Positions 1 through 11,558 of a stretch of DNA of 47,553 nt are shown here, piece after piece (the first letter of the stretch is position 1; the number at the start of each line of letters is the position of its first letter). The DNA is from Terrimicrobiaceae bacterium (GTDB taxonomy: Bacteria > Verrucomicrobiota > Verrucomicrobiia > Chthoniobacterales > Terrimicrobiaceae). The position numbers and the translations under genes were made by a program. Under the pieces are notes generated by a model that saw only the letters and a list, made by a program, of their open reading frames with translations, made no database searches and was not told the origin of the DNA. Location of the stretch: positions 1 to 47,553 of the forward strand of contig JBIIPZ010000026.1 in assembly GCA_044342325.1 (NCBI GenBank), read 5' to 3'.

Positions 1-1114
1 TGAGAACATTCGCATCCACTGCCATGCCGATCGTCAGGATAATACCTGCGATGCCCGGCAGGGTGAGTGTGAAGTTGAACATCGCCATGGCTCCGAGGAG
101 CAGGAGGATATTCAAGAGGAGTCCAAATACCGCGATGAGGCCTGCGAAGCGGTAGTATAGGAGGGTGGCGAACATCACGAGAACAAGGCCGGAAACGCCT
201 GCCATCACGCCGCTGCGAATCGAGTCGGCCCCCAGTGTGGGCGAGACGCTGCGGGTTTCCTCGATCTGAACCGGCACGCGGAGAGGGTTCTCCAAGGCAC
301 TGGCGAGGTCGCGGGCTTCCTTGTCATCGAAATTTCCAGTGATCTGAGCGCGACCGCCGAAGTGGTCACTTTGAAGAACGGGGGCAGAGATGACCTCTCC
401 ATCGAGGACAATCGCCATCTGGCGTCCTTTGTTTTGGCGGGCGACTTCGTCGAAGATTTTGGCGCCCTCGGCATTCAACTCGAGGGAAACACCGTAGCCT
501 TGCTGGTCAAAGTAGGCGAAGGCTCGGGTCACATACTCACCCGTCAACGCCGCGCGGCGTTTGACGAGGATTTGGGTGCTCTCGGTCTTATCCTTGCTGG
601 GCCGGTAGGTTTTCAGCACGAACGAGGGGTCCATGACCTCCTCGCCTTTCTGGATACGCTCTACGCGAGAGGGTCCGCCTTCGTCCACGATGGCGAATTC
701 CAGCTTCGCCACGCGCTGGAGTTGGGATTTTGCCTCCTCTAGTTGCTGGGTATCGAGGCCTGCGATCTGGACCAGGATGCGATCCTTGCCTTGGGGAGTG
801 ATGACCGGTTCGCTGACGCCGTATTGGTCGACACGCTTGCGGATGACCTCGACTGCCTGATCGAGCAGATCGGGAGTGATGCCGCGCTCCGTCTGGGGAA
901 TGAGGCGGATCAAGAATGATGTGCCGCCCTGCAGGTCCAGACCGAGGCGTATTTTTTTATCCGGCGGCGTAATATGCTCGATGCAGAAGGCGGCGAGCAG
1001 GACGCTGAGAATGAGTCCCAACCACCGTTTGCGAGACGGCAGGTCGCTGGCAAAATACCAGCCGAAGAGCACAAGTAGGAGGAGGCCGAAGCAAAAGGTC
1101 AGGACGGGTGACAT
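1..1114 (-). CDS. secD: Protein translocase subunit SecD/SecDF, N-terminal part; runs off the window edge
   Basis: Manual translation from ATG at 1114 gives MSPVLTF...IRLGLDLQGG...VIRKRVDQYGVSEP...RILVQIAG, which carries the SecD signatures. Lies directly downstream of yajC. Confidence 0.93.
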   Translation of the reverse strand, partial: MSPVLTFCFGLLLLVLFGWYFASDLPSRKRWLGLILSVLLAAFCIEHITPPDKKIRLGLDLQGGTSFLIRLIPQTERGITPDLLDQAVEVIRKRVDQYGVSEPVITPQGKDRILVQIAGLDTQQLEEAKSQLQRVAKLEFAIVDEGGPSRVERIQKGEEVMDPSFVLKTYRPSKDKTESTQILVKRRAALTGEYVTRAFAYFDQQGYGVSLELNAEGAKIFDEVARQNKGRQMAIVLDGEVISAPVLQSDHFGGRAQITGNFDDKEARDLASALENPLRVPVQIEETRSVSPTLGADSIRSGVMAGVSGLVLVMFATLLYYRFAGLIAVFGLLLNILLLLGAMAMFNFTLTLPGIAGIILTIGMAVDANVL

Positions 1115-1158
1115 CGTATGAAGCGTGGAAGAGGGCCGGACGGCCCGGATTTAAAAAA

Positions 1159-1497
1159 TTAGGAACCAGCAGATTCCTTGTCGGCGGATTTCTCAACGGC
1201 TGCGACTGCGGCGCGGTCGAATTCCACCTTCACATTGTCTGCGATTTTGATGATGAGGGTTTTCTCCTTCACATTGGCCACTACGCCGTGGATGCCGGCA
1301 TTGGTCACGACTTGATCGCCGGTTTTGATGGAATCTACGAGCTTGGCGTGTTCTTTCGCCTTCTTCTGCTGTGGGCGGATGAGCAGGAAGTAGAAAATGA
1401 TGAAAATGAAAATCAACGGCATCATCGAAACAAAGATGTTCGGTTGCGGTTGCCCAGGGGCTGCTTGAGCGAGAAGAATGAGAGTGGCAAATGTCAT
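1159..1497 (-). CDS. yajC: Preprotein translocase subunit YajC
   Basis: FYFLLIRPQQKK and GDQVVTNAGIHG motifs; immediately upstream of secD. Confidence 0.96.
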   Translation of the reverse strand: MTFATLILLAQAAPGQPQPNIFVSMMPLIFIFIIFYFLLIRPQQKKAKEHAKLVDSIKTGDQVVTNAGIHGVVANVKEKTLIIKIADNVKVEFDRAAVAAVEKSADKESAGS

Positions 1498-1572
1498 AAT
1501 GGAGTCGCGAAGACTATAAGACCGGATTTTCTTTGCAAGACCGATTGGCGGGGTGGCATGAAAACCAGTTCG

Positions 1573-1995
1573 TCAAGCCATCCAAAGCCAACTCAACATG
1601 CCGGCCCTGCCCGTCCATGCCACTGTGCGAATCCAGTTGGTCGCGACAAGTCGTCGGTGTGCGACGGCATTCCACCCTTGAAGGAGTGCACGATGGAGGG
1701 GGACTTGAAGAAGAAAGGTGGAGGCCCAGATCACTCCGAGGAGCACGCCGCTGAGGAGGAATGTATTTGAGCGCATGCCTTCCAAAAGCAGGAGCGCGAA
1801 GGTGAACCCCTCTCCGAGCATGAGGGGCACGACCACCCAACCGCTGCGGTCACAGTGTTCTTTCTCATGCGATGCGAAATTTTTCCGGTCGAAGCTGGCC
1901 ATCATCGGGTAGTGGACGATTTGGACAAACCAGATCAGGCCCGCCATCGCGAAGGTGGTCAGCAGGTGGATGGCGGCAGCAATGCTCCCGTTCAT
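1573..1995 (-). CDS. Small integral membrane protein with about 4 TM helices, function unknown
   Basis: C-terminal 140 aa of ORF 1573..2337, starting at ATG 1995 just after the glgX stop. Hydrophobic helices with GLIWFVQIVHYP, QVPLH and NWIRT motifs. Confidence 0.8.
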   Translation of the reverse strand: MNGSIAAAIHLLTTFAMAGLIWFVQIVHYPMMASFDRKNFASHEKEHCDRSGWVVVPLMLGEGFTFALLLLEGMRSNTFLLSGVLLGVIWASTFLLQVPLHRALLQGWNAVAHRRLVATNWIRTVAWTGRAGMLSWLWMA

Positions 1996-1999
1996 CGGC

Positions 2000-4114
2000 T
2001 TACTTGCCGAGCAGGATGGAGATCGACCATTCCTTGGCCTCGTAGCTTTTCTGCGAGGGCAGGAGGACTTCGCCGCCGAGGTCGCAGATGTCGGTGGGTG
2101 TGGGAAGACTGGTATCTGCGAAGCGATGCCACTGAAGGGTCTTGGGCAAAACGGGCAGACCGAAGGTGATCGGCTGGTAATACATGTTGCAGACCACATA
2201 AATGAAATGGTGGTTGCCTCCGATGGCTTGTCCGTGGCGGCCGCAGAGCATGAATGCAATGGTTCTGCTGGTTGCCGACCAATCGGGATGCCAGGGCAGG
2301 ACGCCGTGCCAGCTGATGTCCGGGTAGCCGCTGCCAATCTGGTCGAGTTCGCTTAAAAACTCGGGCTGGCGAAGCGAGGGGGTCGCTTTTCGGAAGGCGA
2401 TGATGGATTTCGTGAAGCGGAGCATTTCCTTGCCGAAGGCATCGGGCACCCAATTCAACCAGTTCCAATCGGCATCGTGGCAGTAGGCGTTGTTGTTTCC
2501 GCGCTGGGTGCGGCCGCTTTCGTCGCCCATGTAGATCATGGGAACGCCTTGGCTGACCATGAGCAGGGCCATCGCGTTTTTGCACTGGCGGAGGCGCAGG
2601 GCGTTCACTGCTGGATCTTCGGATTCGCCCTCGGAGCCGCAATTCCAACTCACATTGTCATTCGATCCGTCCTGGTTGTTCTCGCCGTTTTCGAGGTTGT
2701 GTTTGCCGTTGTAGGAAAAAAGATCACGCAGCGTGAAGCCGTCGTGGCAGGTGATGAAATTCACGCTCGCCGTGGGCTTGCGTCCAGCGGCCGCATAGAG
2801 GTCGGGTGACCCCAGAATGCGTTGCACCATCTCGCCGACCTGCCCGGGATCGCCTTTCAGGAAGCGCCGCGCGCAATCGCGATATTTGCCGTTCCATTCC
2901 ATCCAGCGTCCGTAGCTTGGGAAATTTCCCACTTGGTAGAGCCCGCCGGCATCCCACGCCTCGGCGACGAGCTTGCAATCCGCGAGCACGGGGTCGTGGG
3001 CGAGGAATTCGAGCAGCGGGGGATTCGCCAGCGGATTGCCTTGGCTGTCGCGGCCGAGGATTGAGGCCAAGTCGAAGCGGAAGCCGTCGATATGATACTC
3101 CGAGGCCCAGTAGCGAAGGCAGTTGATGACAAACTCCCGCACGGCCGGGTAGTTGCAGTTCAGAGTGTTTCCACAGCCGGAGTAGTTCGCAAAATTCCCT
3201 TTCTCATCGAGGATATACCAAGTCTTGTTGTCGATGCCCCGGAAGGAAAAAACCGGTCCGTCCGCGCCGCCTTCCGCCGTGTGGTTGAAGACCACATCGA
3301 GCATGACTTCGATGCCATGGCTGTGAAGCGAGCGCACCATCTCCTTCATCTCGGCGACCTGCATGCTGTCGGCTCCCGCCGCTGCGTAGCTGGCTTTCGG
3401 TGCAAAGAACCCCACCGTGCTGTAGCCCCAGTAATTGCACAGTGTCTCGCCATTTGTGGGATTCGTGCGGAGGTTCTCGGATTCGTCGAATTCAAAGACC
3501 GGCATGAGCTCGACGCAATTCACGCCGAGACTAGCGAGGTCCTTCACTTTTTCAGCCAAGCCGGCAAATGTTCCAGGATTCTTGACCTTTGAAGTGTCAT
3601 GGCGTGTGAATCCACGCAGGTGCATTTCGTAAATGATGAGGTCGCTCGCAGGCACATGCGTGATGCCATTCGGTTCGAGCAAGCCTGCGCCCACAGGAAC
3701 CCGCGAACGGAAGATCGGCTTATGGGAAGCTTTCGACTGGGCCATCCATTCCTCGCGGCCCACGACTTCGCGCGCATACGGATCCAAGAGGATTTTTGAG
3801 GAGTCGAAATAATGCCCATCCCGGGCACTCCAGGGACCATCCATTCGGAAGCCGTATTCCAGATTTTCAAATTCCAGATCCTGCACGAGCATCGCCCACA
3901 CATGGCCCAGTCGGTAGTTCTTCGGAAACGGAATTTCCGCTACTGGCTTCTCCTGGTCTGCCTTGAAGAGCACCAGCGTGCAGCCGGTCGCATTGGCACT
4001 GAAGATGGAAAAATTCACACCGCCGGGCACATGACTCACGCCGAATGGCAGCAGGTGACCGCAACTCACGCGGAGGTTGCCAATTTGTTGAAAAGTTGCC
4101 GCAGGCGAATTCAT
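2000..4114 (-). CDS. glgX: Glycogen debranching enzyme / isoamylase (GH13)
   Basis: NYWGYST, DVVFNHTAEG, DGFRFDLAS, AEAWD and NFITCHDGFTL motifs. Start chosen at MNSPAA (4114). Confidence 0.95.
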   Translation of the reverse strand: MNSPAATFQQIGNLRVSCGHLLPFGVSHVPGGVNFSIFSANATGCTLVLFKADQEKPVAEIPFPKNYRLGHVWAMLVQDLEFENLEYGFRMDGPWSARDGHYFDSSKILLDPYAREVVGREEWMAQSKASHKPIFRSRVPVGAGLLEPNGITHVPASDLIIYEMHLRGFTRHDTSKVKNPGTFAGLAEKVKDLASLGVNCVELMPVFEFDESENLRTNPTNGETLCNYWGYSTVGFFAPKASYAAAGADSMQVAEMKEMVRSLHSHGIEVMLDVVFNHTAEGGADGPVFSFRGIDNKTWYILDEKGNFANYSGCGNTLNCNYPAVREFVINCLRYWASEYHIDGFRFDLASILGRDSQGNPLANPPLLEFLAHDPVLADCKLVAEAWDAGGLYQVGNFPSYGRWMEWNGKYRDCARRFLKGDPGQVGEMVQRILGSPDLYAAAGRKPTASVNFITCHDGFTLRDLFSYNGKHNLENGENNQDGSNDNVSWNCGSEGESEDPAVNALRLRQCKNAMALLMVSQGVPMIYMGDESGRTQRGNNNAYCHDADWNWLNWVPDAFGKEMLRFTKSIIAFRKATPSLRQPEFLSELDQIGSGYPDISWHGVLPWHPDWSATSRTIAFMLCGRHGQAIGGNHHFIYVVCNMYYQPITFGLPVLPKTLQWHRFADTSLPTPTDICDLGGEVLLPSQKSYEAKEWSISILLGK

Positions 4115-4262
4115 CGTGCGCGGATCGTAATTTCGAAACACGGAATCGCAAGCATCGGATGTGTGGCCGCGCAAGAGATCGAAACGCAAAACACATCGCT
4201 TGTATTTTACGCTTGCTGAGATTCCATCCAGCCAGAAGATATCGACTTCTTCTACCCGCCTT

Positions 4263-4347
4263 GCCGGCGTGGCGAAATGGCAGACGCAAGGGACTTAAAA
4301 TCCCTTATTCCGAAAGGAGTGTGCGGGTTCGAGTCCCGCCGCCGGCA
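4263..4347 (+). tRNA. tRNA-Leu(TAA); CCA not encoded
   Basis: Acceptor stem GCCGGCG/CGCCGGC, anticodon arm AGGGA-CTTAAAA-TCCCT, long variable arm, T-loop GTTCGAG. Confidence 0.96.
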
Positions 4348-4351
4348 CTTC

Positions 4352-4379
4352 CCTCAACTCGTGCGAGGTTTTTTCTTTT
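4352..4379 (+). terminator. Possible weak intrinsic terminator after tRNA-Leu
   Basis: Short CCTC...GAGG stem followed by TTTTTTCTTTT. Confidence 0.35.
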
Positions 4380-4467
4380 GTGGAATGATTTTCAGCGGCT
4401 TTTTAGCGTTGATTGTTAGCTGGTGGGGGATCATAGAGAGCCTAAATCGTGTAATTTCCCAAAGAAA

Positions 4468-5115
4468 ATGAGCAAAGGTCTTTTACTGGCAGTGGTGGTT
4501 GGTATTTCGAGTTTTTTTGCTTGGAAACACTTTTCCAAGCCCGAAGTTCTCACTCCGGAACAGGAAGTCGAACGCTTTGTCTCCAAGGGAACCGTTTCTG
4601 CAGTTGAACTGGCAGAGATCACAGACAAATTTCCGGCGCTTGTCGGCAAGGCGCTTCGCAATCGCCGCATCACGGTGACGGGTGTTTTGCAAAAAGCCTT
4701 TGTGAAAGGAGTGGGGTCCCATGATTTGATCTTGGATCTGGAAGGCTCCGGTAAACGAAAGATCACTTTCACTTCGGATGTGAACAGCTACGGGCAGGCG
4801 AACAATTTGTATGGCCGATCCAAGCAAAAATTTCAAAAAGTTGGTCGTGATATCATGGTGTATGAATCCGCGCCAACAGCTGCCAAGGTATCGCCAGGAG
4901 GTGGAGCAGTTCAAAAAATGCTCGGTCGTATCGTGCCGACTGCGACTCAATCAGAGTCAGTATCCGATGCGCCAAGTCAGCAGCAAAAACAGAACCAGGG
5001 CCCCACGGAGCGGGTTGTTTTTCGGGAACTGGACACAGTGACGCTGGAGGGGATTTTTCAGCACATCACCAATGCCGCCATCTTCATCGAGTGGAGGACA
5101 TCGAAGAGTTTGTAG
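4468..5115 (+). CDS. Membrane-anchored hypothetical protein, possibly OB-fold (tRNA_anti-like)
   Basis: N-terminal hydrophobic anchor. The segment VSAVELAE...RRITVTGVL resembles OB-fold lipoprotein-like families; fold call is tentative. Confidence 0.6.
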   Translation: MSKGLLLAVVVGISSFFAWKHFSKPEVLTPEQEVERFVSKGTVSAVELAEITDKFPALVGKALRNRRITVTGVLQKAFVKGVGSHDLILDLEGSGKRKITFTSDVNSYGQANNLYGRSKQKFQKVGRDIMVYESAPTAAKVSPGGGAVQKMLGRIVPTATQSESVSDAPSQQQKQNQGPTERVVFRELDTVTLEGIFQHITNAAIFIEWRTSKSL

Positions 5116-5128
5116 TCTGCCAGCCGAA

Positions 5129-5932
5129 TCAATCGACAGGCTTGGGATTTTTATCCCGCATTAACCACGCGATCCCGATGCAGATTTCGTAGAGGATATA
5201 CATTGGACCGCCCATGAGGAGAAGGGTGAGAATGTCTGATGTCGGAGTGATGAGCGCTGCCAAGATGAAGATAACCACGACCGCAAAAGCACGCGTGCGG
5301 TTCAGAAGCTCGTGATCGACGATGCCAAGTTTGACCAGGAGCAGAACCACTAGCGGCAACTCGAAAGCCAGGCCGAAGGAAATCACGAATTGGGTGGCAA
5401 AGGAGTAGTATTCGCGCACGGTCCAGGTCGGTTGCCAGTTCATCGCCTGTGCATCTTTGAAGAAAAACTCCAGTGTCTGGGGAAGGACGACGAAGTAGCT
5501 GAATGCTGCGCCGCCGAGGAAGAGACCAGAGCCAAGCGCGGCCGCCGGAAAGATCATAGCCTTCTCCTTGGGGGTAAGAGCCGGAAGGATGAACTCCGCC
5601 AGAAAAATTACGATCAAGGGAAACGAAAGAACCAAGCCGGCGTAGAAGGAAAGCTCGAGCGAGATCGTGAAGGAGTCCGCCACGCCGAGGGATTGTAAAT
5701 TCGCCGCACGCTGGGGATCCACTGCCACGAGCGGATGCTGCACGATGGCCGCCAACTCGGTGCGGAAGATAAAAGAGAGGAGCATCCCGCATACGAGCGC
5801 AGCCGCGATTTTGATAATCGTGAAGCGCAGGTCCTCTATGTGGGAGAGGAAGGGCTTGGATTCATCCCCTCGGTTGCGAAAAGCAAAAAACTTTTCGAGA
5901 GTCGTGGATGGTCGTTTAGCGGAGTTGTTCAC
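5129..5932 (-). CDS. tatC: Twin-arginine translocase subunit TatC
   Basis: PFLSHIEDLR, FILPAL, FELP, AALITPTSD and LYE motifs. Start is uncertain; GTG at 5932 overlaps the argH end. Confidence 0.93.
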   Translation of the reverse strand: MNNSAKRPSTTLEKFFAFRNRGDESKPFLSHIEDLRFTIIKIAAALVCGMLLSFIFRTELAAIVQHPLVAVDPQRAANLQSLGVADSFTISLELSFYAGLVLSFPLIVIFLAEFILPALTPKEKAMIFPAAALGSGLFLGGAAFSYFVVLPQTLEFFFKDAQAMNWQPTWTVREYYSFATQFVISFGLAFELPLVVLLLVKLGIVDHELLNRTRAFAVVVIFILAALITPTSDILTLLLMGGPMYILYEICIGIAWLMRDKNPKPVD

Positions 5933-7283
5933 GCCAGCGGCTGAGTTCCCTTTGGATGTTTTCCGGCGAGGGGGCGCCGGTTGTGCCCCGCGCAGCAAGG
6001 GCTGCACGCAGGTCGAAAGTGGCCTTCACGATTTCAGGAGTTAGCACAGGAGATGCCGTCGCGAACTCCGCCGCGTCCAGCTTGTGCAACGGCGTTTTGG
6101 TTTCCTGCGCCACGGCCACCAGCCCTCCGACAATCTCATGAGCCTGACGGAACGGCACGCCACCTTCAACCAATCGGTCGGCCAAGTCTGTGGCAAGGAG
6201 CAGGGGATCGCTCGCAGCAGCCAGGGCCCGGTCTTCGCGAAGGGAAGCCGCGTCGAACATCTCGGCGAAAATGGCCAGCGTTTCGGACGCCGATTTGACC
6301 GAATCGAAAACGGCCTCCTTGTCTTCCTGCATGTCTCGGTTGTAGGTGAGCGGAAGACCCTTCATCACCGTGAGAAGGCTCATGAGATTCCCATAAAGTC
6401 GCCCAGTGCGTCCCCGCGCCAACTCCGCGATATCAGGGTTTTTTTTCTGCGGCATCAGGCTCGAGCCGGTCGTGTGACGGTCACTCAGCTCAATAAATCC
6501 AAACTCGGCAGAGGCCCAGAGAATGACATCCTCACTGAGGCGGGAAATGTGCATTCCGAGAATCGCAATTCCGGCCAGCACTTCGCAGGCGAAGTCTCGG
6601 TCCGCGACGGCATCCATGCTGTTCGTTGTGACTTTAGAAAATCCCAACTCGGCGGCTACAGCCTCACGGTTCAAAAGAATCGTCGATCCCGCAATCGCTC
6701 CCGAGCCGAGCGGACACGCATCCATGCGCGTCGATGCGTCGGCCACCCGCGAGGAGTCGCGATCGAGCATCTCGACATAGGCAAGGAGGTGATGTGCAAA
6801 AAAGACAGGCTGGGCGCGCTGGAGGTGGGTGTAGCCGGGAATGATGGCTTCCTTGTGGCGTTCGGCGAGGCCGACGAGTGAGACCTGGAGCGAACGAATG
6901 CCGCCGCACAGTCCCTCGCACGCGTCGCGCAGCCACAGGCGAAAGTCGAGCGCCACTTGGTCGTTCCGGCTGCGGGCAGTGTGGAGCTTCGCTCCCGCCG
7001 CGCCGATGCGCTTGGTCAGCTCTGCCTCGATGTTCATGTGCACATCCTCGAGGTCCTGGCTGAACTCAAATTTCCCCGCCTCGATTTCAGAGCGGATTTC
7101 AAGCAGACCTGCTTCGATTTGGCCGAATTCCTCAGGCGTGAGAATGTCCGCGCCTAACAAAGTTCGCGCATGCGCGATGCTGCCTCGGATGTCCTGCCGG
7201 TAGAGTTGCCAATCCACATGCACCGACGCACCATAGCTTTTCAGGAGGTCGGATTGCTCCTCTTTGAATCTTCCTTTCCACAT
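5916..7283 (-). CDS. argH: Argininosuccinate lyase
   Basis: MWKGRF, HTARSRNDQ, GYTHLQRAQP and GSSLMPQKKNPD motifs. Confidence 0.97.
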   Translation of the reverse strand: MWKGRFKEEQSDLLKSYGASVHVDWQLYRQDIRGSIAHARTLLGADILTPEEFGQIEAGLLEIRSEIEAGKFEFSQDLEDVHMNIEAELTKRIGAAGAKLHTARSRNDQVALDFRLWLRDACEGLCGGIRSLQVSLVGLAERHKEAIIPGYTHLQRAQPVFFAHHLLAYVEMLDRDSSRVADASTRMDACPLGSGAIAGSTILLNREAVAAELGFSKVTTNSMDAVADRDFACEVLAGIAILGMHISRLSEDVILWASAEFGFIELSDRHTTGSSLMPQKKNPDIAELARGRTGRLYGNLMSLLTVMKGLPLTYNRDMQEDKEAVFDSVKSASETLAIFAEMFDAASLREDRALAAASDPLLLATDLADRLVEGGVPFRQAHEIVGGLVAVAQETKTPLHKLDAAEFATASPVLTPEIVKATFDLRAALAARGTTGAPSPENIQRELSRWREQLR

Positions 7284-7289
7284 ATCTCG

Positions 7290-7772
7290 TCAGGCTTTGG
7301 CTTCCATCCGCTTCGTGCAGGATCCCTTCAATTGCAGTTCATCGCAGCGGGCTTCGATTTTCACCATCTTGTTGGTCGGGGAAAAACCCAACCGGCGGGT
7401 GATGCAGTTCTCAAGGAGTTCCATGTTCGGGTCTTCAAATTCGATGATTTTTTTGCAATCCACGCATACCAAGTGGTTGTGCGTGGGATGTTCTAGGAAG
7501 TTGGGATCGTAGATCTTTGTATCGCCGCCGAGATCGAGCTCGCGCAACAGTCCGCTTTGCACAAGCAAAGGAAGCGTGCGGTAAACAGTGGCCCGCGACA
7601 CCGAGCGGTCGATCGCACGCGCCATCTCTAGAAGCTCCTCGGCAGTGTAGTGATTGTTCGTGCCGAACGCGGCCTCGATAATAGCCTCCCGCTGCGCAGT
7701 CTTGCGCAGTCCTTTTCCAGCGAGAAACTCATGCAGAATCTCCCGCACGCTCTCGCGTGAGACAGTGGCCAT
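7290..7772 (-). CDS. Fur-family transcriptional regulator
   Basis: TAQREAI, H-x-TAEE, SRATVYRTL and HNHLVCVDC motifs. Confidence 0.93.
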   Translation of the reverse strand: MATVSRESVREILHEFLAGKGLRKTAQREAIIEAAFGTNNHYTAEELLEMARAIDRSVSRATVYRTLPLLVQSGLLRELDLGGDTKIYDPNFLEHPTHNHLVCVDCKKIIEFEDPNMELLENCITRRLGFSPTNKMVKIEARCDELQLKGSCTKRMEAKA

Positions 7773-7874
7773 CGCGGGATCAAACTACCCCTCGCGCCCC
7801 GAGTCAAGGCAGGGGGCATTTCGGGCAAAACACCCCGCTTGATTGCTCGCGGCGTATCGCTCATCGTCCTGCCC

Positions 7875-8813
7875 ATGCAAGCCGTCTCGACCGACCTCAT
7901 TTCGGAAATCATGGAGCTAAAGCGCTCCCGCAATGCCGTGATTCTCGCGCACAACTACCAGATCGCCGCTATCCAAGAGGTGGCCGACTTTGTTGGGGAC
8001 TCTCTGGGACTCAGCCGTCAGGCGGCGGAGACGGATGCTGATGTCATCGCTTTTTGTGGCGTCCACTTCATGGGCGAAACGGCCAAGATTTTGAGCCCGT
8101 CAAAAACTGTCGTGATTCCCGACATGGATGCCGGCTGCTCGCTCTCGGATTCCTGTCCTGCGGACAAGCTGGCCGCGTTTTTGGAAGAGCACCGCGATAA
8201 AAACTACTATGTCATCGCCTACATCAACTGCAGCGCTGGCGTGAAGGCGCTCGCCGATGTGATCGTAACGAGCGGCAATGCCGTCAAAATCGTCGAATCC
8301 GCCCCCAAGGACCGCAATATCCTCTTCGTTCCCGATCAGAATCTCGGTGCTTGGGTGATGGAGAAAACCGGCCGCCACATGGACCTCTGGCGCGGCAATT
8401 GTTATGTCCACGTCGAGTTCACCCGCGACAGCATCAACCGCATCAAAGCCGAATTTCCGAATGCCGTGGTCGTCGCTCATCCCGAGTGCACGCTTGCTGT
8501 GCGCTTGCTTGCCGATGAAGTGTGCTCCACCGAAAAAATGGTGACCTTCTGCCGGGACAACCCGGCCAAGGATTTCATCATCGTCACCGAGAGCGGCATG
8601 TTGCACCGGCTCCGCCGCGAGGTGTCGGACAAGAACTTCATTCCCGGTCCAACCGACTCGTGCGCCTGCGCCGACTGCCGCTACATGAAAATGAACACGC
8701 TTGAGAAGCTGCGCGATTGCCTCGCCAATCTTGAGCCTCGCATCGAAATCCCCGAGGATGTGCGCGCCAAAGCCGAGCACTCGGTGCGCCGTATGCTGGA
8801 GCTTTCAAAGTAG
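7875..8813 (+). CDS. nadA: Quinolinate synthase A
   Basis: LAHNYQ, GDSL, FCGVHFMGE, AGCSL, HPEC and C-x-YMKMNTL motifs. Confidence 0.96.
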   Translation: MQAVSTDLISEIMELKRSRNAVILAHNYQIAAIQEVADFVGDSLGLSRQAAETDADVIAFCGVHFMGETAKILSPSKTVVIPDMDAGCSLSDSCPADKLAAFLEEHRDKNYYVIAYINCSAGVKALADVIVTSGNAVKIVESAPKDRNILFVPDQNLGAWVMEKTGRHMDLWRGNCYVHVEFTRDSINRIKAEFPNAVVVAHPECTLAVRLLADEVCSTEKMVTFCRDNPAKDFIIVTESGMLHRLRREVSDKNFIPGPTDSCACADCRYMKMNTLEKLRDCLANLEPRIEIPEDVRAKAEHSVRRMLELSK

Positions 8814-8864
8814 AGCTGCAGGGTTTCCCGTGACGCGGACGCTCGCGGAGGTTAGTGATGTTGG

Positions 8865-10547
<1,683 letters not shown>

Positions 10548-10557
10548 ACGGCGCGGT

Positions 10558-11211
10558 CTATTTCGAAAAAATAGCCGCTAGTCGCGCCGGAGTTACTCCT
10601 GCGAGGGATTCCACCGCATCGGTTGCCATATGCAGGTCTTCCAGCGGATTTGTTGTAGCCACGGCCAGCACGCGCATTCCTGCGCGCAGGGCGGCTTCGA
10701 TTCCCGCATGAGCGTCCTCGATGACGAGGCAGTCGCCTGCAGGAAGTCCGAGTTTTTCAGCAGCCAGCAGGAAGACATCCGGAGCCGGTTTGCCATTCGT
10801 CACATCATCCCCGCAGACAACTGCTTGGAAATACTCATTCAGGCCGGTCGCGGCAAAAATGGCATTGAGATTTCCCCGGGGCGTGGAAGATCCCACGGCG
10901 GTTGGAATTCCCTTCTCGCGCAGGGCGGCAAGGAGTTGCCTCGCGCCGGGCAGGATGTGCACGCCGGATTGCTTCACGAGTTCGCGGTAGATTTCTTCTT
11001 TCCGGTCTGCCAGCTGCTGGACTTCCTCTGCATCCGACGCCCACTGAAGAATCTCCGGAATGATCACTTGATTCTTTTTCCCGAACCCGAGTTTGAAATG
11101 CCCCTCAGGCAGAGGCTTCGAAATTTCCTGTGCAAGGATCTCCCACGAGCGCTCATGCTGCGCCGAAGAATCAATCACCACGCCGTCCCAATCAAAAATT
11201 ACGCCCTTCAT
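10558..11211 (-). CDS. HAD-superfamily phosphatase, beta-PGM/CbbY-like
   Basis: FDWDGV (motif I), GSS, KPAPD and IED-x-x-x-G motifs. Start at MKGVIF (11211). Confidence 0.92.
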   Translation of the reverse strand: MKGVIFDWDGVVIDSSAQHERSWEILAQEISKPLPEGHFKLGFGKKNQVIIPEILQWASDAEEVQQLADRKEEIYRELVKQSGVHILPGARQLLAALREKGIPTAVGSSTPRGNLNAIFAATGLNEYFQAVVCGDDVTNGKPAPDVFLLAAEKLGLPAGDCLVIEDAHAGIEAALRAGMRVLAVATTNPLEDLHMATDAVESLAGVTPARLAAIFSK

Positions 11212-11300
11212 TTGTGCAGTGGAGAAAACTGGTTCATGGGGAGAATCGGTATCCCGCCGAATCACAATCGGCAAGTTTTCAAAACCGGTGATCGGCGAGT

Positions 11301-11542
11301 TCAAAAATGGCGGCGTGCAAACTTTCGTCCGGAGCCTGATTTTAGATAATGCTCGAATGCCACCGCCTTGGCTTGATCGCGAAAAGCGACAGCGGTTTCA
11401 ATGGTCCAAGGTTTGAATTTTGAGGTATGCGAAACCTTGCCAAGTTGTGCGCGGCGAGGCGTTGTGTGAGATCGGATGTCATGCCGATTTAGTGGCGCTC
11501 GGGCACAACCTCGCTTTTGAGGATGTAGACATAGTGAAACAT
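11301..11542 (-). pseudogene. Disrupted small GIY-YIG nuclease gene
   Basis: From ATG 11542 it reads MFHYVYILKSEVVPERH*IGMTSDLTQRLAAHN. TAA at 11489-11491 replaces the Tyr of YIG. A frameshift then leads into GKVSHTSKFKPW...AFEHYLKSGSGRKFARRHF. Confidence 0.88.
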
Positions 11543-11558
11543 GGACGAATTTCAAAAG

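Noticed and set aside
7773..7874. Fur box between the divergent fur and nadA genes
   Set aside because: The region is GC-rich with no AT-rich 19-bp inverted repeat.
11301..11555. The 84-aa ORF as an intact gene, or the TAA as a recoded stop
   Set aside because: Its N-terminal half is the wrong frame of the GIY-YIG sequence. A stop plus a separate frameshift indicates decay, and TAA is a normal stop elsewhere in the window.
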